Source: Vicugna vicugna
Taxonomy: Eukaryota
NCBI GenBank assembly: GCA_013265495.1
Contig: MU058009.1
Span: 3,925,780-3,985,779 of the forward strand
Direction of reading: 5' to 3'
DNA length: 60,000 bases
The position numbers and the translations under genes are program-made. The notes below the pieces were generated by a model, which made no database searches, was not told the DNA's origin, and saw nothing but the letters and a program-made list of their open reading frames with translations. Every line of letters begins with the position of its first letter. Positions within the stretch are counted from its first letter, which is position 1. This document shows, one piece after another, positions 9,131 to 21,100 of this stretch.

Positions 9131-12100
9131 ATTTTAAGGTTTCCCTAACGTTTAAAAAGAGGCAACACACTGTTTGCTCTTTCACCTCGAACAATTCAAG
9201 GCCTGTTGAGCTAGACCCATCCAACGGCGTGTGGTCACTGTCCATTTCCACTAACGTGTGGATGTCAGGTATGACGTCCCTGGACCGTCCCCAACTTCGT
9301 GGACTCTGAGCTGTCACCAGGGTCACTCAGGGTGTCTGCAGTCGCCTTCCCTGCGGCTGGGAAACGACCCCCTGTGCCGGCACCTGCCGCGGGCTCCTTA
9401 GACACTTCCAGGAAGCCGACGCTGACACCTGGTGAACTTCTACCTGCTTGTTCAGTGACCTTTCCCCTACTAGACCACCAGGCTCCATGAGAGCAGACTC
9501 AGGTCTGGATGAATCAGTAATACCTTCCCTGCAATTAGGCCAGTGCGAATATTTGTTTAATCACTGATTAAAATTCTAAAACGGTAAAAAGGGCAGAGAG
9601 CAAACTTGCCGACTCTTCACACCCTTTATAATCAACTGGGAACATTCATCCTGAAAGACGAAATGGCTGCATGCTCTGCGTACCCCCACACCCTGACGTG
9701 ACCCCGATCCTGAGCAGCGTCCACATGGCTCTTACCAGGGAAGGTGCTTCCGGCTGCCCCACGCTAGTCCAGTCGGGCTGGGGTGTGGTGCTTGGCACAG
9801 AGCTCCGGGGCGGCCCTAGGGACCACGTCAGGAACAGTGTGATCAGGGCTGGTGGACGTCGCTGGCTCTTGCATCAGGTAGAGCCCCGCAGGTGTACAAG
9901 TCAGACCCAAGGGGACTGTATTTATTCGCTCTGCATCCTCAGGTCACTCGTGGGCCACGTGCCGGGTAGGATTTAAGAAGTCTAGGTTGGAGGGGAGGAG
10001 TGGTGGTTAAAGGCTCCTGAAGACCGTAGGGAAACCCGGTTGGCGTCGGCTTTGGAGCCCGGCCTGATCCGTCCTGGCTCAGTGGGCGTTCACTTCCGGT
10101 CTGCAGGCTCTCCCGCACCAGCCGATCAAAGCAGCAGTTACAGGAGAGTAGCTCCTGTAGCTGCGAAGAGGGGAGGAGGAAACAGAGGCAGTGCCGTTGT
10201 GAGCCCGGCTCAGGAGCTGGGCGAGCCAAGCATATTCTTAATGAAGTGTCTGGCCCCCTAGAAAGTCACTTCTGAAAGCTTTGTTGGAACAGGCAGATGG
10301 GTGAAGGCTCGGGAGGACAGCGACAACACAGAAAAGCTTCAGCGCCGTAGCTGGAGGAGACTCTGTGACATACCCAGCTTGGCCGCGCTGGCGGGCGGGG
10401 ACCAGGCTGCGGGCAAACCGTAGTGCTTCTGCAGAAAGGTTGGTTCGTGTGGGCGGGACCCGGGCTGTGTCTTGGGGCACCAGAGTGGCTTCATTAGAAC
10501 CTAGTGAGGTGTCCGGAAGATGGCGCTTAACGGGTTTCTACATTTGTTAAACTCCCAAAGGGTGCGGCTCAGAGATTTCGGCAAGTGGCAGGACGCGTTG
10601 CACCTTGTGCCCCCGAGGGCTCTTTTGTTATGTCCTCATGGACGCTTCTAGACAACCACTTGCCAGTCTGTTTTCCTCTTTGAAGGAGGCTGGCTGGATG
10701 ACCGCTTTATAGCTTGCTGAATTCCAGCAGTTTCAATCAGGGATCATTTTCACGTTGTCTCCGTCTCCATGCGGACTCTGTCCTGGAGCTCTGACGCTTC
10801 CGTCAAGGAGGGGACCCCTTCCCGTGCTACAGCCTCTGCTGTGGCCTGTTTCCCACCAGAGCCCCTGCTGCCCCACGTCACCCCAGGCCGTGGCCCCGCG
10901 TGAGGGAACGAAGTGGGACTTCGGCCTCCGGCGGTTTTTCCTTCCGTTCTGGTCTCCCTCCTACCGCTCCCGAGACCTCGGCCATTTCTCTTTAACTTTT
11001 ATGAAGCTTATTGCCTTTATTTAAAAACAAGGAAACAGTAGCCACCTCCAAGGGTTCCCGTGGCCCTAGTGGGGTGACGCCCATAAAGCCGCAAGTGTGG
11101 ATCTTGGCACCTTCTGGATCCTCAGCACATCTCAGGTCCCTGCGCACCTGGCGGCAGGTCAGGCCGCCCGGGCCGTCGGGACGGAGTTCAGTGGCTCCAG
11201 GAAGCTTATCCTCACAAAGCAAACAGACTTACCAACACAAAGGCCTTGTGACTTCGGGAATTTTCGAGCAAGTGTTTGCAGAAGCAGTTACAACCCCAGT
11301 GCCCTGTCTGATGGAGCTGACCTAAACAAGTGTCGTTTCCCATTTATTGAAGATGAAACAAGCAGGCTGGGAGGTGTGACCCGGTTAGCCCGTCACTCTG
11401 GGTCTGGGCTGGGACAACGTGCTTTAAAGTGTGAGTGTCAACTGCCGTCCCCCTCCAGGTCCCCACACTCTCCACGGGGATTCCAAAACATGGGACCACA
11501 GGGGTCCCCAAAGGAGACGATGCATCTTCCTTCTCCCTGCAAAAGATTCACGTGGGCTAAAGGAATCAGATGGGCACGCTTTGCTTTGTTTAAGTAACAT
11601 TTGGTTTTGCTGCTTTTAATCATTGGTTCCCCTGAGCCTGGCACGCTCTCTCCAGCACACACTGGCTGCATACCTAACAGATATTTTGAATACAGCAGCT
11701 TGACTCCCCTGCTGCTTGGATGATAGCAATTGGCTAGGTGTTCCAGCCTCTTCCGTCTCCCTCCTCTACGGATGCAAGGAGATTTCAAGTGCAATTTGGC
11801 CTTGTACATCAAATAGCAATTTTCCCGCAGAAACCACAACCTCCAAAGTCTCTACCCTAATCAAATCTATCAAGCCCGGTTTAGGGGCGAGCTTGTGTCT
11901 GTTTATCAAGGAAATGGAGTTGAAATTGCCCCCTTTAATGGAATCACAGCTGCCCACCCTAATCTTTCACACAGGTGTTTGAATTAATGGCAGGCCATGT
12001 CCCATGCTCGCCAACCTTGGAATTTGATCCCAGTTATAGGAAATTGCTATAATTTCTGTCCTGAGATTCTCAGGGGTGTTGGGGGCATTTTATGTTGGGG

Positions 12101-13954
12101 TTAGAATTAATGTGTCAGGGGAATTAAAGAACTCGGAAGAAGTTGGGGGAAGATAAGCACTTTCGCACATCACGCTCTGAGTCATCTCTGCATCAAGTCA
12201 AACCCACCGTGGCCCAGGTGAACGACTTTTACCAAGTCAAGGGAAGGAAAAAACAGAGAGATGACTTTTCCTGAAGTTAAGATTTTAAATCAGGACGCGG
12301 CAGACACGGGTGGAATGTCTTTGTCCTCCTGAGTATTGGGCCAGTCCCTGGTTCAATTGCATGTTAAGAGCTGCCACATTGAGCGGCAAGGAGCCAAGTG
12401 TCCAGGTCCCCTGAGCCAGGGAGCAGGCCAGCAGCTCCTCCCCGTCCACTCCTGCAGTGGCCTCCGGTCCCTCGATTTCCCCTTGAAGCCCCAGGCCCCA
12501 CTAGAGGCTGTTCCGTCCAGCAGTGGAGATGGACGGTACTGGGCTATTTTGACCAGGATAAAGACCCTTCATTTTTTAAAAAGTGTCCTTACCAGGAGAC
12601 CTTTTTTTCCCCTCTTTCAAGCATAATTAGCATCTTGTATTTATCTAGAGCTATTCTTACCATTTTTTCTGGCACATTTTCATGTTTTCATCCTACCAAC
12701 TTCTCACAGCACAGAAGGGAGGTGAACTATTTATAATGCAATATGGTAAGTGAGGAAACCGAAGGTAAATGACACATCCAGTGGAGAGTGGCGCTGGAGG
12801 GAGGCCTCCGTCCACCAGCCCAGGGCCTTCCCGTGTCACTCGGACATCTTTGAGCCCTGTCTCACCCGCTTTGCGTAAGTGAGCCTGGCACAGCCCTCCC
12901 GCTTCCCCCTGAAGACCTCCCCCCGCACCTTCTGACTCCTGCCAGGAACTTTCTCCTCCTCTTCCCCTTCCTTCAAGAAATGACTGCCACGCACTTTCCA
13001 ATAACCAGGTAGTAGAGACGCTCCCTTTGTGAAGTGCACCTGACAGCCTTGCTCTTGCCATTGAAAATAAAGGGCTCCTAAATTAGAGACTCATAGGAAC
13101 TTAATAAATGTGGGGAGAAAGCCTATTCATTTTCTTCAAGAGTGGCTAACGCTGCCCATTTAGAACTAATTCAGCTTCTCTCCTGCATCCTTTTCGCATT
13201 CCTGTCCCTCCTCCGCCCTGCCTCTTCTCATTTCACTTAGGGGCATTTGCATGAAAACGGCATTTCAGCTGCTTGGAGTTTTACCTGTGACTGTTCATTC
13301 TCCCTGGAATTCATAATGCCCCGCAGAGCCTTCGCGGCCGCACCCTCCAAGTCTGGGGGCCTTCCCGCAAGAGGGCACGTACGTCCCTCCCAGCACAACG
13401 GGGTCCCCTGGAGGCCCGGGCAGGCCGAGGAGGAGGCTGCTGCGGTGAGCTGCGGGGTAGGGGCAGGGTCCCCAGGGCGGGCTGCTGGGCGGTCTCTCCG
13501 GCATCTGCAGCTCAGCTTTTGAGCTGATCCGTGGTCGGTCGCAGGTCCGTGTCCAGCGTGCGGAAAACGGTGGCTGGTGTCCTGTGCAGCGAGGCTGCTG
13601 CACTGACCTTCCTGCGTTTCAGACGGCAAGCCACCGCCTGAGCCACGGTGAGAAGGAAGGGCAGAACAGGATCTTCACAGCCAGCACCTCGATTAGTGTT
13701 TGACCGAGTAACAGAAACACGGACTTGCCAAGCTGACTCGTAAAACCGCCCATCACAGGATCCAGCCGCATTTTTTCCCTGTTGGGTTCCAGCATTATTT
13801 CGTGAATCACCCAGTTTTATCCAACTGCCATGAAGTGCCCTTTTTATCATGTGCTGGACGCCCACGCGTGTCCGGTATGTTTTAGGCTCCCTGGTCTGCC
13901 CTGTCCCTGCGCCAGCACCACTGCATTTTAGTTATTACAGCTTCAACAGATGCG

Positions 13955-14050
13955 CTTTTATTGCGATGGAGTTGATTCACAATATTATAATCGTTTCAGA
14001 GGTGCAGTGTTGTGATTCAACATTTTTATAGATTATATTTCATTTATAGG
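13955..14050 (-). mobile_element. Severely 5'-truncated L1 3' end (about 95 bp)
   Basis: 'tttattgcgatggagttgattcacaatattataatcgtttcagaggtgcagtgttgtgattcaacatttttatagattata' is the antisense 3' terminus typical of laurasiatherian L1MA9-like/lineage L1. Confidence 0.7.
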
Positions 14051-14114
14051 ACACGCTGAAATGGCTGACAAGAAGGGGACCTCCTGATTGTTCTTCTTTG
14101 TCAGAAATATTCTT

Positions 14115-14210
14115 TTTCTGTTGCTTATTTAACTGAAGTGCAGTCGATTTACAATGTTATATTAAATTTGGGTGCACAACATAGGGTTCAGTACTTTTAT
14201 AGATTATGCT
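14115..14210 (-). mobile_element. Severely 5'-truncated L1 3' end with perfect TSD
   Basis: 'tgaagtgcagtcgatttacaatgttatattaaatttgggtgcacaacatagggttcagtacttttatagattatgct', flanked by a perfect 12-bp direct repeat AGAAATATTCTT (14103-14114 and 14211-14222). Confidence 0.8.
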
Positions 14211-14959
14211 AGAAATATTCTTGATATTTTTGCTTGTTTATTTTTCCATCTGAACTCTAGATTTGGCTTGTTTCGTTTAAAAATTCCTACTTGTATTTTT
14301 ATTGCAGTTACATTAAAAGTATAGATTATTTTTAGAAAATTGAAAAAAAAAAAAGGAAAGGGGGGAAACGAAAACACGGTGCTGGTGTCCTTGCTATACA
14401 GCTGCCCCAGGAGTCCCCGTGGACGTGCAGCCCTTCTGTCCCGCGGTTTCGGGGTGGCTGCTGAGGACCGGGAAGGGCGCCTCTCCCTTCACGTCAGCGG
14501 CTGCCCGCGGGGCTGGGGGCCCTGGGCCATGCGGCCCCGCCCGCTCTGCCTGGTCCCGGGGCACCTGTCACTGGCTGGCGGGCGTGTGCACACAGCCCTC
14601 CCGCCCGTGGGCCTGGCGTCCCAAGTTTCCAAACGCTTCACAGCGCCGCAAGCAGCGAGTCGGGCCCCTGCAGCAAGGCTGCCCTGTGTGGGGGCTCGCC
14701 TTCCTTTCCCAGACGTGCTTTGTGAGGGAGCCTTGAGCCCTTCCTGTTTGCTGTCTCGCCCAACGCTCTTTCCCCACTTGCCTCCCGAATTTATCACTGA
14801 CTTATTAATTATCAGAGGATGGGCTGGATCTCAACCCACCCCTCCCTCCCGCAGCGTTTCCCCAGCGCCCGCGGCCCCTCTGTCGGACTGGCCTCCTGTC
14901 CTTCCCCCACCTCGGGGGCCACCTGTCCTCCGCCCACACCCCCTTGGTGCCTCTGCCTT

Positions 14960-15850
14960 TCTCTGCCTCCCACACAGAGGAATTCTCGGGGTTTGGTCCC
15001 TGGCTTTTTCTTTCTCTTCTCTTTCCTATACTCTCTTCCTTGGTGTTCTTCCCACCTCCCACTGTCCAATTATCACCTCTGTGGGCATCATGCCTCAATC
15101 TGCCTGCAGCCCTGACTCCGCACTTGAAATCCAGTCCCACGTTTGTAATTGCCTGAGCAGTGTCACCAGCGCTCTCTCCCCGGCCGCATCCCAAATGCTG
15201 GCTCCCAGGTCTGTGGATCTGTTGACTCTAACTTTATAGTCTCCCTCCCTCCGCTTCCCCTCCACCACCTCCACCCTAGTTTATTATTTCATGAGTTCTC
15301 ACTCCAGTGCTCAGGACAGCCAGTGAATCTCCCACCCTTCTGTCTCTGCTAAATGGATCTTTGCAAGCACAGCTCCGACCTTGACGACCCCGTATCAGAA
15401 GCCATTAATGGTACCGTCTTTCCCAGGAAAGTTAAGTCCACATTTTTTTGTTTTCCACGCATGGGAAAGGGGATCAGGCTTGACACTCTGTCTCTGGGCA
15501 CGCCCTGTCGGCTTCCAGCCCTCTCCTTCTCTCTCTTCGCCTGCACCAGCATCCTAGCTTCCTGAATGTGGCCCCCTGGACCGTGGGTCTAAATTTCACC
15601 CTGTCGTTCCCGCTGCCAGATTACCATTCTCCCCCCATCCCACCAACCTCACTCCATCTCCTCCACCTTCACCGTGACAACCTCTCTATCATCTTTCAAA
15701 ACTCAGGGTAAAGACAATGTTCTCTGCCAAGTCCTCTTCCACCTAACGTGACAACAGTAGCCACTCCCTTCTCCCCTCTCGCAGTGCCTGGTGTATGTCT
15801 GTGTTTCGGTATCTGCTTCTGTTAGGCTGCGACCGCCTTGACCGTCTTGG
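14960..15850 (+). mobile_element. L2 LINE fragment (RT region toward 3' end)
   Basis: 'ctcttctctttcctatactctcttccttggtgttcttcccacctcccactgtccaattatcacctctgtgggcatcatgcctcaatctgcctgcagccctgac' parallels the L2 segment encoding the YADD RT motif; the downstream sequence is pyrimidine-rich and L2-like. Confidence 0.65.
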
Positions 15851-16389
15851 GCTCATCTATGTAGGCGAGTAAGACCCAACATAGAACAAACATGGGACCA
15901 GTGACCAGCCCTCACCGCTAACCAATCTGGAGCGATTTTTATTACTTGAGCATCACTACGAGTTTCCTCTCTTTGCTTTCGCTCCGGTCCTTCCTTCCAG
16001 CTGGAAACCCTCTTTATTATTCACTCCCCAAGATGCCGCCCATCCTCACGGAGCTCAGGGCGAACACGTCCCCCCCAGCAAGGAGGCTTCTTCGACCCCT
16101 TTACCAGGCGCACGTGTGTGTGTGTGAGCTCCAAAACACGGGGAGGGGTGGGTTGTAGTTGCCAGACTCGCCTTAGATTTGGACTCAGACAAATAGAATT
16201 TTGTCCTTCGTTTTTTTAACTTTCCCCTGCGCCACACTAACAGCGCGACTCTCTTTTCAAGGACGATAATACGTATGAATGACAGAGCCTGAAACACAGG
16301 CACACGATCAATAAACGTTAATTCATGTTCTTCTTTCTTTAAGGCACTTATCGTCTCATGACTTTTAGCACAGACGCTTATGTCATCTT

Positions 16390-16518
16390 CTTATTGCCAA
16401 TAATAGAGCAGAGCTCCCAGTGGAAGAACGGTATCTTATTCACATTTCTTTTCCCAGCAGAGACTACCAGAGCTCCTTGTATAATTCAGTTTCTTAGAAT
16501 ATTTGTTGAATTTAATGG
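16390..16518 (+). mobile_element. L2 3' tail fragment
   Basis: 'gagctcccagtggaag...tatcttattcac...cccagca...aatatttgttgaatttaatg'. Confidence 0.5.
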
Positions 16519-17244
16519 AGCCACCTAAGTTTAAAAGCTTTATGCTTCAAGAAGAATACAGTCTTACTATTTGTACAAGATTAAGTATGATGTTGAGGGT
16601 CGTGCCTGTGGAACACTGGACTCACACTTTGATGAGCAGCGTAACCTGCCTGGTAAGACACTTCTACGGGAAAAATCAGCTTAGACGTCCATCGCTTCAA
16701 TCTGGTGTCTTTAACAGCAGTGCTCCTTGTTCTGTGTGAGGGCTGCCTCTAGTATCTCCATAAGCATGAAAAGATGGGACAGTGTTGACTTGGCCACATT
16801 CTTTTCAAAAGTGGTTGAGGAGGTCAATTAGATCCCCTGGTACAGTCCATGCAGCAGCCGGGCCGGTGTGTAAATCTGAGTGAAAGACTTCTGAAGAACT
16901 TTGTCCTCAACTATGGGGACAATTATAAAGAATTCTTTATATGCCTTCAACGACTGTGCCTCAGGACACAAGAGCACGAGGGAACATCTAAGCATTGTCA
17001 GATTTAGGGATCTCTGAACTGGACTTTTCTCTTTTGTTAAAAAAAAGCAAGGTCAGCAGTGGTCACTTGGCTTGGATCATGACGTTGGTCCAAGAGCTGC
17101 ATGAAAGGCTCTTGGTTGCAGGCTCCTTGTTCCGACACCTCTAAGGTCTAGTAAAGCATCTGGAACAGAAAAGATGCTCATTTATTGAATATGTGAGGCA
17201 CACAAGGGAGAGTTTTGAGGGTTTTGAAGTGTCATATAGTGGAA

Positions 17245-17385
17245 TTCATATTGTCTAGTGCAACCCTCTTATTCAGATGAGATTGCGGGGCTCAGAGAAG
17301 GCGAGGAATTTGCCTGATGTCCCAGGACGAGCTCCTGGCAGAGCAAGGAGCGGATTCCAGATTTCCTGGGCCAGCGCTCTTCACA
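17245..17385 (-). mobile_element. MIR SINE
   Basis: 'tctagtgcaaccctcttattcagatgagattgcggggctcagagaaggcgaggaatttgcctgatgtcccag' matches the antisense MIR core. Confidence 0.65.
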
Positions 17386-17449
17386 CACGTCACACACATG
17401 TCGGCCACCCCCGAGATGCCATAATGCACTCGATCGTAACAGGAAGGGC

Positions 17450-17700
17450 TGCTTCAGCTCAGCTAATATTTATTAAGCTCTTATTATATTCCAGGCACGG
17501 TGCTAAGCACTACAGGGATTACAAGATGAATTACACAGCCTCTGCTCTTAAGTTCGCAAATTTTGATGGAGGAGGAAAAAAAACAAAACACATAAACCGT
17601 TACTAAATGCTTATTGGGAAATAAAGGCCGTAATGGAGAGATGGGGAAAGTGCTGGTGGGCTCAGCGAATGGAGTTAATAAACCGGATTAGAGGATGGGC
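17450..17700 (-). mobile_element. L2 3' end
   Basis: 'aatatttattaagctcttattatattccaggcacggtgctaagcactacagggattacaagatgaattacacagcctctgctcttaag'. Confidence 0.7.
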
Positions 17701-18049
17701 AGAGTGAAGGCTGTGGAGTGGTACTCACGGAAAACGGGCTAGTTCGGCTGATCTCGGAGAGAAACACAGGGAGGCATAAGCTAACAGGAGAAGGGAGCGG
17801 TCTGGGGAAAGGCAGAGTCTGGGAACACAGGGAGGAGGAGGAGGAGGCCGGCGCTGCGGGTCCCAAGGCTGCGACTCGGAGGGCTCGCTGCGGGACTGTA
17901 CATTCTCGGCGCCCAGCGTTTTAACCTGCTAAGTGCCCACTCACGGAGCTGCAGGTGCAAAGTGCTAATCGGGTGCCTGGCTCGCAGGGAGCTCCCCGTA
18001 AACTCTGGTGTTGCTGGTACTAAGACGCGACTGTGGCATGTGGCTCTCC

Positions 18050-18125
18050 CGCACTTTTCACTCACTGCCGTGTTCCCAGGGCCAGAGAAGGGTCTGGCAC
18101 ATGTTAGGCACCAAGTAATACTGGT
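18050..18125 (+). mobile_element. L2 3' tail fragment
   Basis: 'ttcactcactgccgtgttcccagggccagagaagggtctggcacatgttaggcacc'. Confidence 0.6.
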
Positions 18126-21100
18126 TACCGCTGTCTCTGTTGACGTCAAAGCTCCCTGCTTTATGCCCTTCGGAGAGGACCGTATAGAAGTCATTTCCTT
18201 AAGGGTGATAACGGCTGTCCTCAGACGGTGTACGCTGCCGTGTGGACGGTTATTAATGCTCTCACCATCTTTTCTAAAATGAATTAGTGCTTTGAACGTA
18301 TTCAGCAGCGGGCTGGGGAAACACGGGGTTAAGCTGAAGATGGACACTTTGGAGGCATCGTTCCTCAGATCTGACTTAGAAGAGCCGTGAGCTGAGGTTA
18401 GGCTGTAATGACTCAAGACTCTGGGGTCCTGTTCGGCTGCTGAGCTGCGCCGCTGGGTCCTGAGGGCCGAGCCGTGCTCCGTGGCTCACCTCACTTCTCT
18501 TCGGGATGGGACTTGCGAGCTGACCTCGTAAACACTTCTGTGCTGGTGACTGGATGCGTGTGGTGGCTCAAGGAGGAAGGGGGCAGCAGGTGGAGAGGGC
18601 TCATGGAGTAGACACAGATTGCTGATGGGGACGAGGAGCTGGCGGTCCAGTTGTTAGTCTTCGTGGGCTGGAGTTCTCGCAGCGACGTGACCTACTGTGG
18701 GTCGCACCCTCTGCTAAGCACAAGTGTAAAGGAGCCGGAGTCCTGTGAACTGTGCACACGAAGAAATCCGCCCTGTAAAGAGACAGAGCCAATGACGAGA
18801 AAAGAACGCTCTGATGGAGAAGCCTGTGCGGTAGAAACCAAGGAAGAATTAGCCGCGTTGAGTGGAGCTGGTGTTGGGCCGGGGAGGTGCCGGCGTCGCG
18901 AGCTGGGTGTCCAAGTGCGAGTCAGACCACGGAGGGGCATCCTGGCGGCGAGCAGTGTGCTTGCACCGAGTTAGCACCCTGAAGCGGCCCACGCGGGAGG
19001 GGCGTGTCAGGAGCCAGGCTGGAAAGCAGGGAAGGAGTGAGGTCTGTAGAGGAATGCATGTGTGCGCGCACACACACACACACCCCCCAAGGGGCTGGTG
19101 GGACAGAGGAAAAGACCAGCCAGTGAGGTCAGGCAGTCTGGACTGGAATCCTGGCTCCTTGACCTGAGTGTCAGTTTTCCCGTCAGTAAGACAGGATCCG
19201 CTGCATGTCCCTCGCCGTGCTGGCGTGAGCAGAGATGTCCAACACCGCTCGTGTCCTGGGAAGTCAAGGCATTGTGGACGGGTGTACGCTCCGCGGCACG
19301 TCTGCTTCCTGGCCACACACACGGTCCCACAGACGGGAAGTGTGTGCGGGTGCTGGCTGATGGGACGGTGGACACCAGGGCCCGCGTCTTTAGCTCCTTC
19401 CCCGATCTCTGAACAGGTCTTTGGAAGGACGGTGCCGTCAGCGGGTCCCCACGCGACAGCGGCCCCGGCGGGTGAGAAGCGAGCGGCGTCCTTCCCGATG
19501 CCGGCGCTCTCGGGGCGCCTGGCGGCTGGCAGTGCCGCGTCTGATTTGCGTTCTCGGGGGCAGAGGGTCTGCACCGCCGCACGCCCGTCCCGGGGATCCG
19601 CCTGTTCGTTCGTGGCCACACCTTCCCAAGCCGCCGGCCTCTGCTGTGGCCTTGTGGGGGCGTCGGTGCAGGACAGGGGACTCTGGAGGTGGGGGGAACG
19701 GAAAGGATCCATCGGCGCCAGCGGGGGGATGTCTGAGTCACCTCCGGGCTAGGCTTGCGTTTTCACGCAGCTCTCAGAACGCCCTGGATGTGTCCCCACC
19801 CTCTCTGTCAGGGGCTGTCTCAGTTTTGTCGCTGTGAAATCTCCTTTCTGCTTTTCGGAGAGCTCTTCCTGATTTCGATCTGAGGCAGCTGACGTCTGGT
19901 GACAACCAGGGGTTCCTGTTCAAGGCACCCATGTAAACCCCAGTGTCCCCCCCAGCTCACATCAGAATCCCGGGCCAGGGTCCAGGTGAGACAGCAGCTT
20001 CTCCGACTGTGTCCTGAGCCAGGTGAGCTATCGACCCCCCGTGGCCGACCTTCCGACCACCCCCCAGATCTGCTTCCACACGCCTGCCTTGACGTAGCTG
20101 TGTGTTTGGATAGAAGGCTGATGCATACGTGAACACACAACTTTTTGATTTATTGTTGTTGTGAGCTCATCACTCTTTCCTTTAAATTAAAACTCCTTCC
20201 AGATGGGGATCTGTGACACGGATTTATCGATCTGCAATAAACCCTCACTCATAATCTCTACAGCTGCCCATCCATCTTCCCTCGAAAGAGGGTCCATTAC
20301 TCCGGGTGTCCCAGGAGTGAAAACAGGAAGCTCAGTCTCTCCTTTTGTTCCCTTCCTGCCCTCCTCGGCTTTCTGCTTCTCCCCTCCCTCCCACCCTGTG
20401 CCCTGCCCCTCCTGCCGCTTTCCTTAGGAGACCAGCTCAGCCCCCTAAACAGAGTCACTCCCTTTCCCATCTCCATCCCCTTCCCCTAAACGTCTCTTCA
20501 CTCCCCTGCCACCCACCCCAAAGGTGTTCTTTCTCGTGGGCGTCCTGGACGTGCTGTGATGGGGAGGCCTGTCCGCGGTTGTCATCAGTGGCCCAGCCTT
20601 CCACTCTGCTCTTTCCTCCCTGGTCTGGACAAACCGCCATGGACTCAGGAGATGAATGAGATCATTAGAAAATGGAGCTGTAAGCGGCCAGACTGAGAAA
20701 TCAGAGCAAGTGGCAGGTGGGTAGGTACCAGGTTTGCGGCTGACACGGGGTCCATGTGATGAAAGAAGGCTTCCCATGGAGGGTTCTGTTGGGTCCAGAG
20801 AGCCTTCTGATTGATTGCCTAGGAGATATTCTGGAGCGCACACATGGCTGAGGCTGCTTCCAATGGTCAGCAGATGGCCTGGCCAGTGTGCCAAGAGGCA
20901 GAAGTCGCTGCTACCTCAAACTGAGCAGAAGGAAGGGCGAAAGGACTTCTGCGGGGCCCAGCCAGTTCAGTGGAGTGTCTCTTCACATCGCTGAGCCCCT
21001 CCTGGCTTTCCCTGCTGGTGAAGAGCGTGGCTGTCATCTAGTCTAGCGGCTTTCAGCTGGAGCAGCGTGGTACCCAGTGTGCTGCCATCAGCCGCACCTG

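Noticed and set aside
14340..15239. Longest ORF (299 aa)
   Set aside because: Low-complexity Pro/Leu/Ser/Arg composition, non-ATG start next to an A-run, and the 3' part runs through a decayed L2. A chance ORF in GC-rich DNA.
18849..19837. Stack of long overlapping ORFs (287, 244 and 194 aa) in a CpG-rich patch
   Set aside because: Several frames are open on both strands, as expected from stop-codon depletion at high GC. No recognisable domain, and it overlaps a MIR-like piece and a CA run.
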